The notes under the pieces were generated by a model. It saw only the letters and a program-made list of their open reading frames with translations. It searched no databases and was not told where the DNA came from. 64,000 bases of DNA, taken from Oscillospiraceae bacterium (GTDB lineage: Bacteria; Bacillota; Clostridia; Oscillospirales; CAG-382). Numbering within the stretch: the first letter of the stretch is position 1; each line of letters starts with the position of its first letter. Position numbers and translations under genes: made by a program. Positions 8,764-18,626 of this stretch are shown here, piece after piece. The stretch lies in assembly GCA_015064945.1 (NCBI GenBank), contig SVRF01000005.1:4428-68427 (forward strand), written 5' to 3'.

Positions 8764-10596
8764 TTATTCGCCTTGAGCTTGCTGTTGTGCAGCAGCGTTC
8801 TTAGCTTCTTCTTCCTGCTCTATCTTCTTGTTAATATCACGCCAACCTTCAAGCTCTGCCTTGTTAAAGTTGGGTGCGCCGTTGTAGTAATGCTCTACAT
8901 CGGAGAGTTTGGAAGAAACTGCATAAGAGTTCTTATAGAATACCAATGCGATTGCGGGGCTGTCTTCAACAAGAAGATTTTCCAGTTTGTGGAGAAGCTC
9001 TGCCTTCTTGTTACGGTCAGAGGTGTATACAGCCTGTTCTGCAAGTGTGTTGTATTCTTCGCTGTTATAGTGGGTGAGGTGAGCATCCACAAACGCTTCA
9101 TCTCTTATATCAACCGAACCGCCGGAGAAGCCGGAAGCAAAAGGAGCGAGATATGCAAGAGCGTTGGTGGAGGACAGGGAAAGATCCATTGCCAATACGT
9201 CAAAGGGCTTGTTGGAGGTGCCGTAAATGAGGCTTTGGAGATAGTAGGCGTTGTCCTGTGCTTCGCCTTTAACCTTAACGTCAAAGCCCAAGCCGCTCCA
9301 TACGCTTGCAACGTATTCTGCAACTGCTTTATTAACGCCGCTTTCCTTTTCTTCCACATAGCTTATGGTGAAGGAACCGGAGGTGACCTTTGCCTGCTTA
9401 AGAAGCGCCTTTGCACCTTCTACGTCGGTCTTATAAAGGTTGCCGCCCTTGGAACGGAATGAGCTGCCGCTTGTGGTATTGAATACGCCGTTGGGAACAA
9501 AGCCCGTTGCTGCTGTAGCACCGCAACCGACTATTTTGGCTATTTCGTTTCTGTCAATAGCCATGCTGAGCGCTTTTCTTACTTCCTTGGATTCGAAAAG
9601 CTTGTTTTCGGTATTGAAATAGTATACATAACTTGCAAGAGCGTCCTTGGAACTTACGGAAGCAGAACCGTAGGTATTGGGGTTAAACTCTGCCAAATAG
9701 TATACGTTGCCTGCCTTATAATCTGCGGCAAGCTGTTCCAAAGAACCAACCTCTTCACCGTTAGCGTTAACGCTGCCGTTAAGCTCGCAGATTATCTTAT
9801 GAGGAACAACCGCCTTGTCGAGAATATCATTTTCCTCATCGTTACGGAAGAAATGCTTATTTCTCTCAAATTCCATATAACGCTCGGAATCCTTACCGCC
9901 TACATTGTAGGAACGGAGGAAGAAAGGACCGCAACTGAGTATATCGGACACGTTAACCTTGGTAGACCATTCTTCAGCGTTTTCTACCTTGTCCTCACGA
10001 AGAGGGGCGAAAGCAACGTTTGCCACAGCTTCTGCAAACTGGGCAGCAACCTCGTCGCCGTTCTTGTTAACGTAGCCGTCTTCAAAGGTAACCTCTATTC
10101 TCTTGTCGTCAGCGGCAACAAGACCCAAGTCATCACTGGTCATATCGCCGTTCTTTACGTTCTTAGCATTCTTTATGCAGTAAAGAAGAGCTGCATAGGG
10201 GCTGTTGTTATCGGGAGAAAGTATACGCTTCCACGCATACACAAAGTCATCTGCAGAAAGCGCTCTACCGTCGCTCCAACCCGTTTCTTCAAGGGTGAAA
10301 TACATCTTGTCTTCAAGATATATGTCGTCGTAGAAATAGCCCCACTCGTCGGCAACGTAACCCTCAAGCTCACCCTCGCCGTTGATAGCGGTAAGAGTGG
10401 AGTATACAAGGCTGTAAACCTTTGAAGTGTCCGCATCCACAGAATATGCGGAAGGGTCAAAGGTGTTGGGAAGAGTTGCAACGCCCATCTTAATCATAGC
10501 GCCCTTTTCTTCTCCCTCAAGGGTGGTTCTGTTGCAGGCAACAAGGGTGCCTAAAAGCATACAGGATATTAATAATAAGCATAAAACTTTTCTCAT
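8764..10596 (-). CDS. ABC transporter substrate-binding lipoprotein, family 5 (peptide/nickel, OppA-like)
   Basis: Start set to ATG 10596 (MRKVLCLLL..LVACN lipobox) after GGAGG. WSDGRALSADDFVYAWKRILSP and overall length are typical of SBP_bac_5. No permease or ATPase genes adjacent. Confidence 0.8.
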   Translation of the reverse strand: MRKVLCLLLISCMLLGTLVACNRTTLEGEEKGAMIKMGVATLPNTFDPSAYSVDADTSKVYSLVYSTLTAINGEGELEGYVADEWGYFYDDIYLEDKMYFTLEETGWSDGRALSADDFVYAWKRILSPDNNSPYAALLYCIKNAKNVKNGDMTSDDLGLVAADDKRIEVTFEDGYVNKNGDEVAAQFAEAVANVAFAPLREDKVENAEEWSTKVNVSDILSCGPFFLRSYNVGGKDSERYMEFERNKHFFRNDEENDILDKAVVPHKIICELNGSVNANGEEVGSLEQLAADYKAGNVYYLAEFNPNTYGSASVSSKDALASYVYYFNTENKLFESKEVRKALSMAIDRNEIAKIVGCGATAATGFVPNGVFNTTSGSSFRSKGGNLYKTDVEGAKALLKQAKVTSGSFTISYVEEKESGVNKAVAEYVASVWSGLGFDVKVKGEAQDNAYYLQSLIYGTSNKPFDVLAMDLSLSSTNALAYLAPFASGFSGGSVDIRDEAFVDAHLTHYNSEEYNTLAEQAVYTSDRNKKAELLHKLENLLVEDSPAIALVFYKNSYAVSSKLSDVEHYYNGAPNFNKAELEGWRDINKKIEQEEEAKNAAAQQQAQGE

Positions 10597-10731
10597 TTCT
10601 ACCTCCAGAAAAAACACATTTGCGCAGAATTTATCAACAATCATTATATCACTAAAATAGCCAACAGTAAAGCCCTATTTTAACTTTTTATCTTTTGCAC
10701 AAAAAGGCTGTGTCTTGTTTGTGCAAAATGC

Positions 10732-11226
10732 TTACTCTTCCTCGATTTTTTCGTCCTCGTTCTTGAAAACAATAAGCTTACTGAGCACATAGTTGAGGAT
10801 TATAACCACTATCATAGACAAGAGGCCGGACAAAGTTTCGCCCCAACCCATAACGTCAACCATAACGAACATCATAAGCAGATCCAAAACGAAGGTTATA
10901 AGACGGGAAGCTATAAACTTAAAGAACTCTTTAAGACGTGCCTTGCCCTTGGCTGTGGAGCCGAAAACCATACCTCTGTTTGTCACATAAGCAAAGAGGA
11001 TACCTGCCACGTTGCGAAGCACCGTTGCCCACATATAAGACGAGTTGCCCAAGGAGTGCAACCAGCCCTTATAGTATATTTGTATGCCGAGGATATCCAA
11101 ATCAAATCCGTTACAAAGATAAAAAACCACAAGAGAAACAAGTGTGGTAAGGGCGCCGAAGAACAGATAAAGTCCTTTTTCCGTATGGAATACCCAATTC
11201 CAAAGCTTTTTTATAAACTTCTTCAT
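10732..11226 (-). CDS. GtrA-family membrane protein
   Basis: Start set to ATG 11226 (MKKFIKKLWNW). Four TM segments with GtrA-like features: FGALTTLVSLVVFYL, AYVTNRGMVFG, ILNYVLSKLIVF. Confidence 0.7.
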   Translation of the reverse strand: MKKFIKKLWNWVFHTEKGLYLFFGALTTLVSLVVFYLCNGFDLDILGIQIYYKGWLHSLGNSSYMWATVLRNVAGILFAYVTNRGMVFGSTAKGKARLKEFFKFIASRLITFVLDLLMMFVMVDVMGWGETLSGLLSMIVVIILNYVLSKLIVFKNEDEKIEEE

Positions 11227-11388
11227 AATTCTAATCACTCTCCGCAGAATATTATACATAAAAAACGGTCTGCCGTCAAGGGGTGGGAGAAAAACGGGAC
11301 AAAAAAGGGATGAAATACAAGCAAAGGCGGTGTTATACTGAAGGTGTAAGGGAAAACCACGCATATTTTTGCAGAAAGGAAGGAAAAA

Positions 11389-11772
11389 ATGAAAAAGCGC
11401 AGACCGCCTGAAGAGGCGGTCTTTTTAAATGCGGAGGACTGCAGGCAAAGACTTGCGGACTATTTTGAAAAGCATCTTGAAGAGAAAAGCGAGCTTGTGG
11501 CGGACGTGGAAAACCTTGCGGATTTTTTGGGCACCACAAGGGAAGGGCTTTTTGCTATGGAGCAGGACAAGGTCTACGGCTTTGAACTAAGGAAGGCGCG
11601 CAACCGAATAGCCGCCATAAAAAAGCAATTAGCTTTCAGGGGTAAGCTGCCGCCCGCTGTGCTCTCCTTCGACCTTAAAAATAACCACGGCTACCGTGAC
11701 AAAAACGAGGACACCGCCGCAGGTGCCGATACGGTCATCATAAAAGGGGTGGCTAAGGAATGGGCGAAATAA
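11389..11772 (+). CDS. phage terminase small subunit
   Basis: 127 aa directly upstream of and overlapping terL. C-terminal SFDLKNNHGYRDK resembles the conserved F.LKN..GY.D motif of Firmicute-phage small terminases. Confidence 0.7.
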   Translation: MKKRRPPEEAVFLNAEDCRQRLADYFEKHLEEKSELVADVENLADFLGTTREGLFAMEQDKVYGFELRKARNRIAAIKKQLAFRGKLPPAVLSFDLKNNHGYRDKNEDTAAGADTVIIKGVAKEWAK

Positions 11773-13106
11773 TTATAAGTCCCAACGAAAAGCAAAGGCT
11801 GTTTTTTGAGTCCGGGGCAAGGTACACCGCTTACGGCGGTGCAAGAGGCGGCGGCAAAAGCTGGGCAATGCGAATGAAGATGGTGTTGCTTGCCCTTAAC
11901 TACCCTGCCGTAAACATTCTGCTTTTAAGGCGCACACTGGGCGAGCTTAGGGAAAACCACATTCTGCCCTTGCAAAAATTACTTTGCGACATAGCCGAAT
12001 ACAGAGAAAGCCAAAAAGAGTTCCGCTTTAAAAACGGAAGCCGCATAAAGCTGGGCTACTGTGACGCAGAAAGTGACGTATTGCAATACCAAGGGCAGTC
12101 CTATGAAGTCATCGGGCTGGAGGAAGCTACACATTTTACCTATTTTCAATTCCAATGCCTTACGGAATGCAACCGTGTATCGGGCAGTATGGAAAAGCAC
12201 TTTTCGCCCAGAATGTTCCTTACCGCCAACCCCGGCGGCGTGGGACACGATTGGTTTAAGCGACTTTTTGTGGACAGACAATACCGTGGGAATGAAAAAG
12301 CGGAAAACTATGCTTTTATACGTTCCTTAGTCTTTGACAACGGCTATATTATGGAAAACAATCCCGAATATGTAGAGGCGCTTTTGGCACTGCCCGAAAA
12401 GCGCCGTGCCGCAATGCTGTACGGCGACTGGGACTCTTTTGAAGGAGCGTTTTTCCCTGAGTTTTGCAAAGATGTGCACGTTTGCCGTCCATTTAATATC
12501 CCTGCCCATTGGCAAAAGTTCAGGGGCTTGGATTACGGGCTTGATATGACCGCCTGTTTATGGATAGCCGTCTCTCCCGAGGGGCGGCTTTACGTATACA
12601 GGGAGCTTTACAAGTCGGGGCTTTTACTTTCCGAAGCGGCAAAAGAGATAAGGGCAAGCACCCCCGTGGGGGAAAGCATACGCTATACGGTAGCATCCCC
12701 GGATTTGTGGAACCGCAGACAGGAAAGCGGCAAAAGCGGCGCGGAGATAATGAACTCCGCAGGGCTTACGGGGCTGAAAAAGGCACAAAACGAACGCATA
12801 AACGGCTGGCGCGTGGTAAGGGAATACCTGAAGGACGGTGATAACGGCAAAAGCGGCGTTTGCATTTTTGACTGCTGTGAAAACCTTATACGCTGTCTGC
12901 CATTGCTTCGCTTTGACGAAAACGTAAAAGAGGATGTCGCAGGCACCCCCCACGAGATTACCCACGCACCCGAAGCACTGCGCTATGCCCTGATGTCAAG
13001 AGCACCTAAAAGTGCCGCACCGCAAGGCAAAAAGCTTTCCTACAGCTACAGCTTTGAAGGAGTACGGCCCGAAAAAGAACCCTACAGAAGCATTATTGAT
13101 TATTAG
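11760..13106 (+). CDS. phage terminase large subunit
   Basis: Walker A-like GGARGGGKSWAM near the N-terminus; IGLEEATH (Walker B region); C-terminal nuclease-like half; 448 aa. Confidence 0.9.
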   Translation: MGEIIISPNEKQRLFFESGARYTAYGGARGGGKSWAMRMKMVLLALNYPAVNILLLRRTLGELRENHILPLQKLLCDIAEYRESQKEFRFKNGSRIKLGYCDAESDVLQYQGQSYEVIGLEEATHFTYFQFQCLTECNRVSGSMEKHFSPRMFLTANPGGVGHDWFKRLFVDRQYRGNEKAENYAFIRSLVFDNGYIMENNPEYVEALLALPEKRRAAMLYGDWDSFEGAFFPEFCKDVHVCRPFNIPAHWQKFRGLDYGLDMTACLWIAVSPEGRLYVYRELYKSGLLLSEAAKEIRASTPVGESIRYTVASPDLWNRRQESGKSGAEIMNSAGLTGLKKAQNERINGWRVVREYLKDGDNGKSGVCIFDCCENLIRCLPLLRFDENVKEDVAGTPHEITHAPEALRYALMSRAPKSAAPQGKKLSYSYSFEGVRPEKEPYRSIIDY

Positions 13107-13114
13107 GAGGATGT

Positions 13115-14671
13115 ATGTTTAACAAAAAGAAGAACCAATGCACGGAGGACTGGTTGCTGTTCGAAAAAGGAAAAGAATACAACCACTCCATAGACCTTTA
13201 CTCCACCGTAAACCGCAACGAAAGGTTTTACAGGGGAGACCAATGGACAGGCGTTGATGCGGGCGGATTGCCCAAGCCTGTTTTTAATATATTCAAGCGT
13301 ATTATCGGCTATTACATTTCTTCCATAATGCAAAGCAAGACGGCGATACGCTTTACTTACGCCTCGCCCTTCGGTAATAACGGCGGTGTTTCTCAAAAGG
13401 AAGCGGAAAGTATTACCGAGGTTATAAATAAAATCATCGAAGCAAAGGCAGACAAGCACAAGCTTAACGACCTGCTTTCCGACGCCCTGACGGATGCCGC
13501 CCTTAGCGGTGATGCAATAGCTTATACATATTGGGATAAGTCGGTAAAGACGGGTCAGCCCTTTACGGGGGACTTTAAGACCGTGCTGGTGGATAACACA
13601 AACGTATTTTTCGGCAACCCCAACAGCAAAAATGTGCAGTCGCAGCCTTATATTCTTATCTCCTCCAGAGAAACCGTTGCCTCCCTTATAAAGGCGGCAA
13701 AGGAAAACAGGGTAGCGCAAAGCGAGATAGATAAGATACGTGCAGACGATGACACCGCCTATCAAAGCGGCGATATGGCGGAAAAAGAGCTGGAGGGAAC
13801 CAAGTGCACCGCACTTATCAAGCTGTGGAAGGACGAGAACGGGAAGGTCTGCTACCGCAAGTCAGTTAAAAATGCCGTTATATGTCCCGATACCGCCACT
13901 CCCCTATCTCTATACCCCCTTTGCTTTATGAACTGGACGGGGGTTAAAAACTCTTGGCACGGACAGGCTGTTGCCACAGGACTTATCGAAAACCAAATCT
14001 TCATCAACAAAGGCTTTGCCATGGCGATGAAGCACATGATGGACACTGCGTTTTCCAAGGTGGTTTATGACTCTACGATCATAGACAACTGGACAAACAA
14101 GGTGGGCGAGGCCATTGCGGTTAACGGTAGCGTGGACAGCGTTGCAAAGGTACTGCCTGCAGGTCAGATGCAGTCGGGAATGCTGGAGCTTTTGTCCCTT
14201 GCCATCAGCCACACCAAGGAGTTTTTGGGGGCTACGGACACCGCACTGGGTGACGTTGATCCCAGAAACACCTCCGCTATTCTTGCCTTGCAAAAGGCAT
14301 CAGCAATGCCCCTTGAAAACATCAAGCGCAACCTGTTTGCCTTTGCCGAGGCTATAGGGCTTGTTTGGTTGGATTTTATTTTTTCCTACTACGACGATCT
14401 GCGCTTGGTAGAAACAGGCAACGGCGGCTTTGACAAGCTACCCCTCAGCCGCTATAAGCATTGCATTTTTGATTGCAGGGTAGAGGCCGGTACTGCAAGC
14501 TATTGGTCCGAGATTGCTTCGCTAAACACACTTGACGCCCTCTTACAGGCAGGCAAAATCACACTAAAGCAGTATTTGGAGCGTATACCCGACAAGCTTA
14601 TTCCGAAGAAAGCAGAGCTTTTGGAGGATACTGAAAGCACGCAACAGCAATTGCAGAAAGGAACAGTATGA
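13115..14671 (+). CDS. phage portal protein
   Basis: 518 aa immediately after terL. N-terminal NERFYRGDQW portal-family motif; GGAGG SD. Confidence 0.8.
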   Translation: MFNKKKNQCTEDWLLFEKGKEYNHSIDLYSTVNRNERFYRGDQWTGVDAGGLPKPVFNIFKRIIGYYISSIMQSKTAIRFTYASPFGNNGGVSQKEAESITEVINKIIEAKADKHKLNDLLSDALTDAALSGDAIAYTYWDKSVKTGQPFTGDFKTVLVDNTNVFFGNPNSKNVQSQPYILISSRETVASLIKAAKENRVAQSEIDKIRADDDTAYQSGDMAEKELEGTKCTALIKLWKDENGKVCYRKSVKNAVICPDTATPLSLYPLCFMNWTGVKNSWHGQAVATGLIENQIFINKGFAMAMKHMMDTAFSKVVYDSTIIDNWTNKVGEAIAVNGSVDSVAKVLPAGQMQSGMLELLSLAISHTKEFLGATDTALGDVDPRNTSAILALQKASAMPLENIKRNLFAFAEAIGLVWLDFIFSYYDDLRLVETGNGGFDKLPLSRYKHCIFDCRVEAGTASYWSEIASLNTLDALLQAGKITLKQYLERIPDKLIPKKAELLEDTESTQQQLQKGTV

Positions 14672-15204
14672 CAAAAGAGCAGATCTACGAAATAATTGAA
14701 GATATTGCGGCAGACGCAAACACAAGCGTAGAGGACTTTTTGAAAGCCTTGGTACAGGAAAGGGCCGCCTTCTTCAATAAAAAGACAGCCGCTATGCCCA
14801 AGGACACGGCGGCTTACGTTGCCGCCGCCCGCAAGGAAGCCCTTGCTGCCCGTACAGAAAAGCGCAAGGAAGCAAAGAAGGCAAAGCTTAAGGAGGAAAT
14901 AAAGCGCTTCAGACAGCTATTCCCCAACGTTAAATCGGAGGGAATACCCGAGTCTGTCTGGAAGGATATGACGAACGGCATTCCCCTGCCCTACGCCTAT
15001 GCTTTATATTTAGCGGCAAATCAAGAGGACAAGAGCTACGCGGAAAGCGTTAACGCCAAGAACAGCGGTATGGCTCCGCCCCCCGTTAACGCCGACGAAG
15101 ACGAAGGCGAGCTTACCATGGAGCAAGTAGAGGCGATGTCCCCTGAAGCGATCAAGAAAAGCTTCCCCAAGATTTTGCGTTCCCTCAACAAATGGAAGAT
15201 CTAA
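14668..15204 (+). CDS. putative capsid scaffolding protein
   Basis: 178 aa, helical, Lys/Glu/Ala-rich (KRKEAKKAKLKEEIKRF). Lies between portal and coat genes; ATGA overlap with the portal stop. Confidence 0.5.
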   Translation: MTKEQIYEIIEDIAADANTSVEDFLKALVQERAAFFNKKTAAMPKDTAAYVAAARKEALAARTEKRKEAKKAKLKEEIKRFRQLFPNVKSEGIPESVWKDMTNGIPLPYAYALYLAANQEDKSYAESVNAKNSGMAPPPVNADEDEGELTMEQVEAMSPEAIKKSFPKILRSLNKWKI

Positions 15205-15230
15205 CACACAGATAAAGAAAGGATGTAATT

Positions 15231-16058
15231 ATGGCTAACTACAACAGTATTGAAAAAATTATAGCAGCGGAGATACTCCGCACCAACGAGGACAATCTTT
15301 TGGCAAACACCGTGTGCTACACCGATTTCAGCGGTGATATAAAAAGTGCCGGCGACAGCGTGACCTTTATCGGTCTTTCCGAGCCTTCCGTATATGACTA
15401 CACAGGCGAGGTTACCTATGAGGACATAGACGATGCGGCGACCACCCTTTACATCGACCAGGACAAGGCTTTCTCCTTTAAGGTAAAGGATATTGAAGCT
15501 CTCAGAAGCAGTGTGGGGCTTAAGGACTCACAGACCAAGCGTGCCTCCTACAACCTTAAAAATCAGGTAGACGCTTACGTTTTCGGCTTATATCCTCAGG
15601 CAGGTACTGCAATGGACAAGGTGGAAGCCACACCTGCCAATGTTTTGCAGGCGATTGCGGAGATGAAGCAGGTGCTTGAAGAAAAGAACGTGCCCGACGG
15701 CAGAATTTGGATAGTGGTGCCTCCTTTTATCAAGACCAAGCTTCTTTTGGCGGGCATTAAGTTTTCCGTTAACCAAGGTGTGAACGGCACAGGCAGCACG
15801 GGCTTTACCGATGAGCTTGGCTGTGACATTTACGTTTCCAACCAGCTTGCCACCGATGAGGACGGCAACACCGTAATGCTTGCAGGCTCCTACAGCTCTA
15901 TAGCTTACGCAGAACAGGTTTTGGAAACACAGGTCATTGACAGACTTGAGGACAGCTTTGATACCGCTGTAAGAGGCAGAATCGTCTTCGGTGCAAAGGT
16001 TATTCGTCCCGAGGAATTGGTTGCCTGCCCCGTATCCGACGGCAGCAACGAAATATAA
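15231..16058 (+). CDS. major capsid protein, P22-coat-like family
   Basis: N-terminus IIAAEILRTNEDNLLANTVCYTDFSGDIKSAGDSVTFIGLSEPSVYDY matches the pattern typical of P22_CoatProtein-family proteins. Position follows the scaffold gene. Confidence 0.72.
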   Translation: MANYNSIEKIIAAEILRTNEDNLLANTVCYTDFSGDIKSAGDSVTFIGLSEPSVYDYTGEVTYEDIDDAATTLYIDQDKAFSFKVKDIEALRSSVGLKDSQTKRASYNLKNQVDAYVFGLYPQAGTAMDKVEATPANVLQAIAEMKQVLEEKNVPDGRIWIVVPPFIKTKLLLAGIKFSVNQGVNGTGSTGFTDELGCDIYVSNQLATDEDGNTVMLAGSYSSIAYAEQVLETQVIDRLEDSFDTAVRGRIVFGAKVIRPEELVACPVSDGSNEI

Positions 16059-16081
16059 GAGCTTTATAAGGAGGATTTACT

Positions 16082-16438
16082 ATGAACAAGATACCCGTTA
16101 CTACAGTTGAAGGTCTTTACAAACTTACGGAGCTTAAGGCGCTTGAAGAAACCGAAGGCGGTACCTATGCCGCCGAGCTCAAGGGGGCAGATGACAGATG
16201 CTATTTTATAGTTGACAACACAAACGGCTCCGAAGCGGTAAGTGTTAGTCTTATTCCCGGTGATTACTGCGCAGGCGACAATAGAGAGCTTGGCACCGTA
16301 GATGCGGGCAAGACCGCCCTGCTTTACGTGGACAGCTCCTTCAGCAAAACCGCTGAGGGTGTTACCGTAAGCCTTGTACCCGACGCAATAGGCACAAAAT
16401 TAAGCGCTGTAGAGTTTTTACCCGTAGTGAACAACTAA
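16082..16438 (+). CDS. phage-cluster protein of unknown function (118 aa; possible head decoration)
   Basis: Strong SD TAAGGAGG; no motif recognised. Confidence 0.6.
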   Translation: MNKIPVTTVEGLYKLTELKALEETEGGTYAAELKGADDRCYFIVDNTNGSEAVSVSLIPGDYCAGDNRELGTVDAGKTALLYVDSSFSKTAEGVTVSLVPDAIGTKLSAVEFLPVVNN

Positions 16439-16460
16439 GCGCACACATCGATTAAGTTTA

Positions 16461-16501
16461 TGCTGCCCCTTATTTTTGCCGTGCAAAAAGAAGGGGCAGC
16501 A
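16461..16501 (+). promoter_or_regulatory. long stem-loop inside the phage-like cluster (attenuator or processing site candidate)
   Basis: 19-nt arms tgctgccccttatttttgc / gcaaaaagaaggggcagca (one mismatch), 3-nt loop cgt. No clear T-run follows. Confidence 0.5.
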
Positions 16502-16532
16502 CGGCTTTATACCGAAGAAAAAGGAGGTCTTT

Positions 16533-16928
16533 ATGACAGGAAAAGATATATATGACCTTGCCATCGAACTGTTAGGATACAAAAACGCCGACGGCAGTGA
16601 TAATGCGGACTGCGAGGATTATCTTAACCGTTCGGTGGGGCTAATAAATATATTGCTTGCCGAAACTTTATGGCTTGACCGCCTGCTTAGGCAGGACAAG
16701 AGTGCCTCGCCGGTATATATAAGCTCTGTCGGCGATACGGTGCGCTGTAACGGCAGGCTTGCAAGAGGAGTGTTGCCCTTTGGGCTTGCCGCCATGTTAG
16801 CTATGGAGGAGGACATACAGCTGTATGACCGTCTGCACAAGCGATACACCGATGAGATAAACCGCACAAAGGAGGAGGTTGCAGGTATACGTCACGACAT
16901 CTGCGACTGCTACCCATACCATGGCTGA
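16533..16928 (+). CDS. phage-cluster protein (131 aa; head-tail connector/adaptor candidate)
   Basis: ATG 16533 after AAAGGAGG. The track start at 16476 is a TTG inside the hairpin. Function is inferred from position only. Confidence 0.55.
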   Translation: MTGKDIYDLAIELLGYKNADGSDNADCEDYLNRSVGLINILLAETLWLDRLLRQDKSASPVYISSVGDTVRCNGRLARGVLPFGLAAMLAMEEDIQLYDRLHKRYTDEINRTKEEVAGIRHDICDCYPYHG

Positions 16929-18612
16929 TAAATTTTTGCTTTCCGTCAAGAAATTTGCGGGGCTTGACCAAAGGGCAGGCTGTTCCTCCACAGCAGAAGC
17001 CTTCCCTACCCTTACCAATTTCAGGGTCAACCAAAGCGGACATCTGGAAAAGCGGGGCGGCTACGGGCTGATTTACGAAGGAGTAGGCGGCAAGGTGACA
17101 CAGCTGTGGAACAAAAGCGGTAAGGTGTTTGCCGCAAGAAGGCGAACTGCTTTCAGACTGGAGGACGAAAAATTTGTGGCTTTAGGAGATGCCGACAGCG
17201 ACGTTACGGGTTTTTTTGAGTTTTACGACCGTGTATACGCCCTTGGCGGAAATATTTATCACGCCGACCTCGAATACCTCCAACCGGTAAAGGGCTATAC
17301 TCCTATTGTAGCAACCGCCTGTTCACCGGACGGCGCAGGAACCTTGTACGAAAAGGTAAATCTTATAAACCCCAACAGACGCGTGCAGTTTAACGGTGAT
17401 GGCAAATCGTTGGTCTACACCCTGCCTGAAACAAACATTTACCTAATAAGTGACATAAAAATAAACGGCATACATAAATCAAGCGGATTTTCTTTTCACA
17501 CCTCAAGCAATACAGTGGAATTTGAGGAAGCGCCGCCCGAAGGTATAAACAACGTGGAAATAAAATACTGCGTACATGAAAATTCCGAAGAAAGCGCAAT
17601 GATTTACAAATGCCGTTTTGCCACGGTTTTTGAAAACAGACTGTTTTTGTACGGCAATCCCGATTATCCAAACTACGTTTTCCACTCGGAAACGGCAAAC
17701 GGTATACCCTCGGCAGAGTATTTTACGCCTATGGGATACCACGTCTTTGACAAGCCCGTAAGTTCTTTGGTGTCCTGCTACAACAGGCTGTTGATGTTCT
17801 GTGAAGACTGCGCTTATTACACCTATTCCGAGCTTAAGACCGACAGCCTTGGCAGGACTTATGCGTCATTTCCGCTGTTTGAGCTGAACGCAGGCAAGGG
17901 CAGCCTTGCAAAGGGCAATATGCCCACCTGCAACAACGAGCCGATAACCCTATGCGATGACGGCATAAACCGATGGCGCTCTACCTCTATAGCCGACGAA
18001 AGAACGGCGATGCCTTTTTCCGAAAGGGTATACAAGCATATTGCGGTACTTAAGGAGCACAAGGACGAGCTTGTAATTATCAATCGAAAGGCACGGTCGG
18101 AGCTGTGGTTTGCCGTTGATACGGGCGTGCTTATATACAACTACGCCGCCGACTGCTTTTATTATTACGCAATACCTCATGTGTCTGCCCTGTGCGAGCA
18201 CGGGGAAGGAGTATTGCTTGGTATAGGAACAAATATCTATTTGCATAGTGACAGCTATACAGATGATAACGGCGAACAGATAAAGGCAGAGTTTGCCACG
18301 CCCTATTGCACCTTCGGTGCGCCGTACAGCTTGAAAAACCTTAACGGGGCGGGACTTAGCGTAGAAAGCGGCGGCGAGCTTTTGGGTAATCTTAGGGTAC
18401 AGCGTGGGAATTTGACCGAGGAGCAAGCCCTAAGCGAGCGTTTTGTTCTTCCTGCTATGGAGCAGGACGGCTGCAGACTGGTGCGTTGCAGGCTTCATCT
18501 GAAACGATTTTACAGTTGTAAGCTTGTATTTTACACGTATTCTCCTAAGCTTTGTATTACCGAGCTTTGCCTGTTTGGAAAACAGCTTACGGGATTTACA
18601 AGGAACAACTGA
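16921..18612 (+). CDS. phage-cluster structural protein of unknown family (563 aa; tail hub/nozzle candidate)
   Basis: ATG 16921 (MADKFLLSV) overlaps the upstream stop by 8 nt. Beta-rich sequence with no recognisable motif. Confidence 0.6.
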   Translation: MADKFLLSVKKFAGLDQRAGCSSTAEAFPTLTNFRVNQSGHLEKRGGYGLIYEGVGGKVTQLWNKSGKVFAARRRTAFRLEDEKFVALGDADSDVTGFFEFYDRVYALGGNIYHADLEYLQPVKGYTPIVATACSPDGAGTLYEKVNLINPNRRVQFNGDGKSLVYTLPETNIYLISDIKINGIHKSSGFSFHTSSNTVEFEEAPPEGINNVEIKYCVHENSEESAMIYKCRFATVFENRLFLYGNPDYPNYVFHSETANGIPSAEYFTPMGYHVFDKPVSSLVSCYNRLLMFCEDCAYYTYSELKTDSLGRTYASFPLFELNAGKGSLAKGNMPTCNNEPITLCDDGINRWRSTSIADERTAMPFSERVYKHIAVLKEHKDELVIINRKARSELWFAVDTGVLIYNYAADCFYYYAIPHVSALCEHGEGVLLGIGTNIYLHSDSYTDDNGEQIKAEFATPYCTFGAPYSLKNLNGAGLSVESGGELLGNLRVQRGNLTEEQALSERFVLPAMEQDGCRLVRCRLHLKRFYSCKLVFYTYSPKLCITELCLFGKQLTGFTRNN

Positions 18613-18626
18613 GAAAGGATGAGTAA

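Noticed and set aside
10693-10728. Hairpin ttttgcacaaa/tttgtgcaaaa downstream of gtrA as a terminator
   Set aside because: No T-run follows the stem on the gtrA (minus) strand, so it was left unannotated.
11227-11388. att sites or direct repeats flanking the phage-like cluster, and use of the nearby tRNA genes as an integration site
   Set aside because: I compared both flanks (11227-11388 and 20007-20100) and the tRNA 3' ends by eye and found no shared segment of 12 nt or more. A host lipoprotein gene separates the cluster from the tRNAs.
16476-16532. N-terminal extensions proposed by the track (for example 16476, 10644, 11364, 20669, 24915, 25086, 35875, 35960, 38392, 53660, 58076, 58866, 60269)
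   Set aside because: Each begins at an alternative or unsupported start upstream of an ATG that has a properly spaced SD and a sensible N-terminus (signal peptide, lipobox or conserved family N-terminus). Coordinates were trimmed accordingly.
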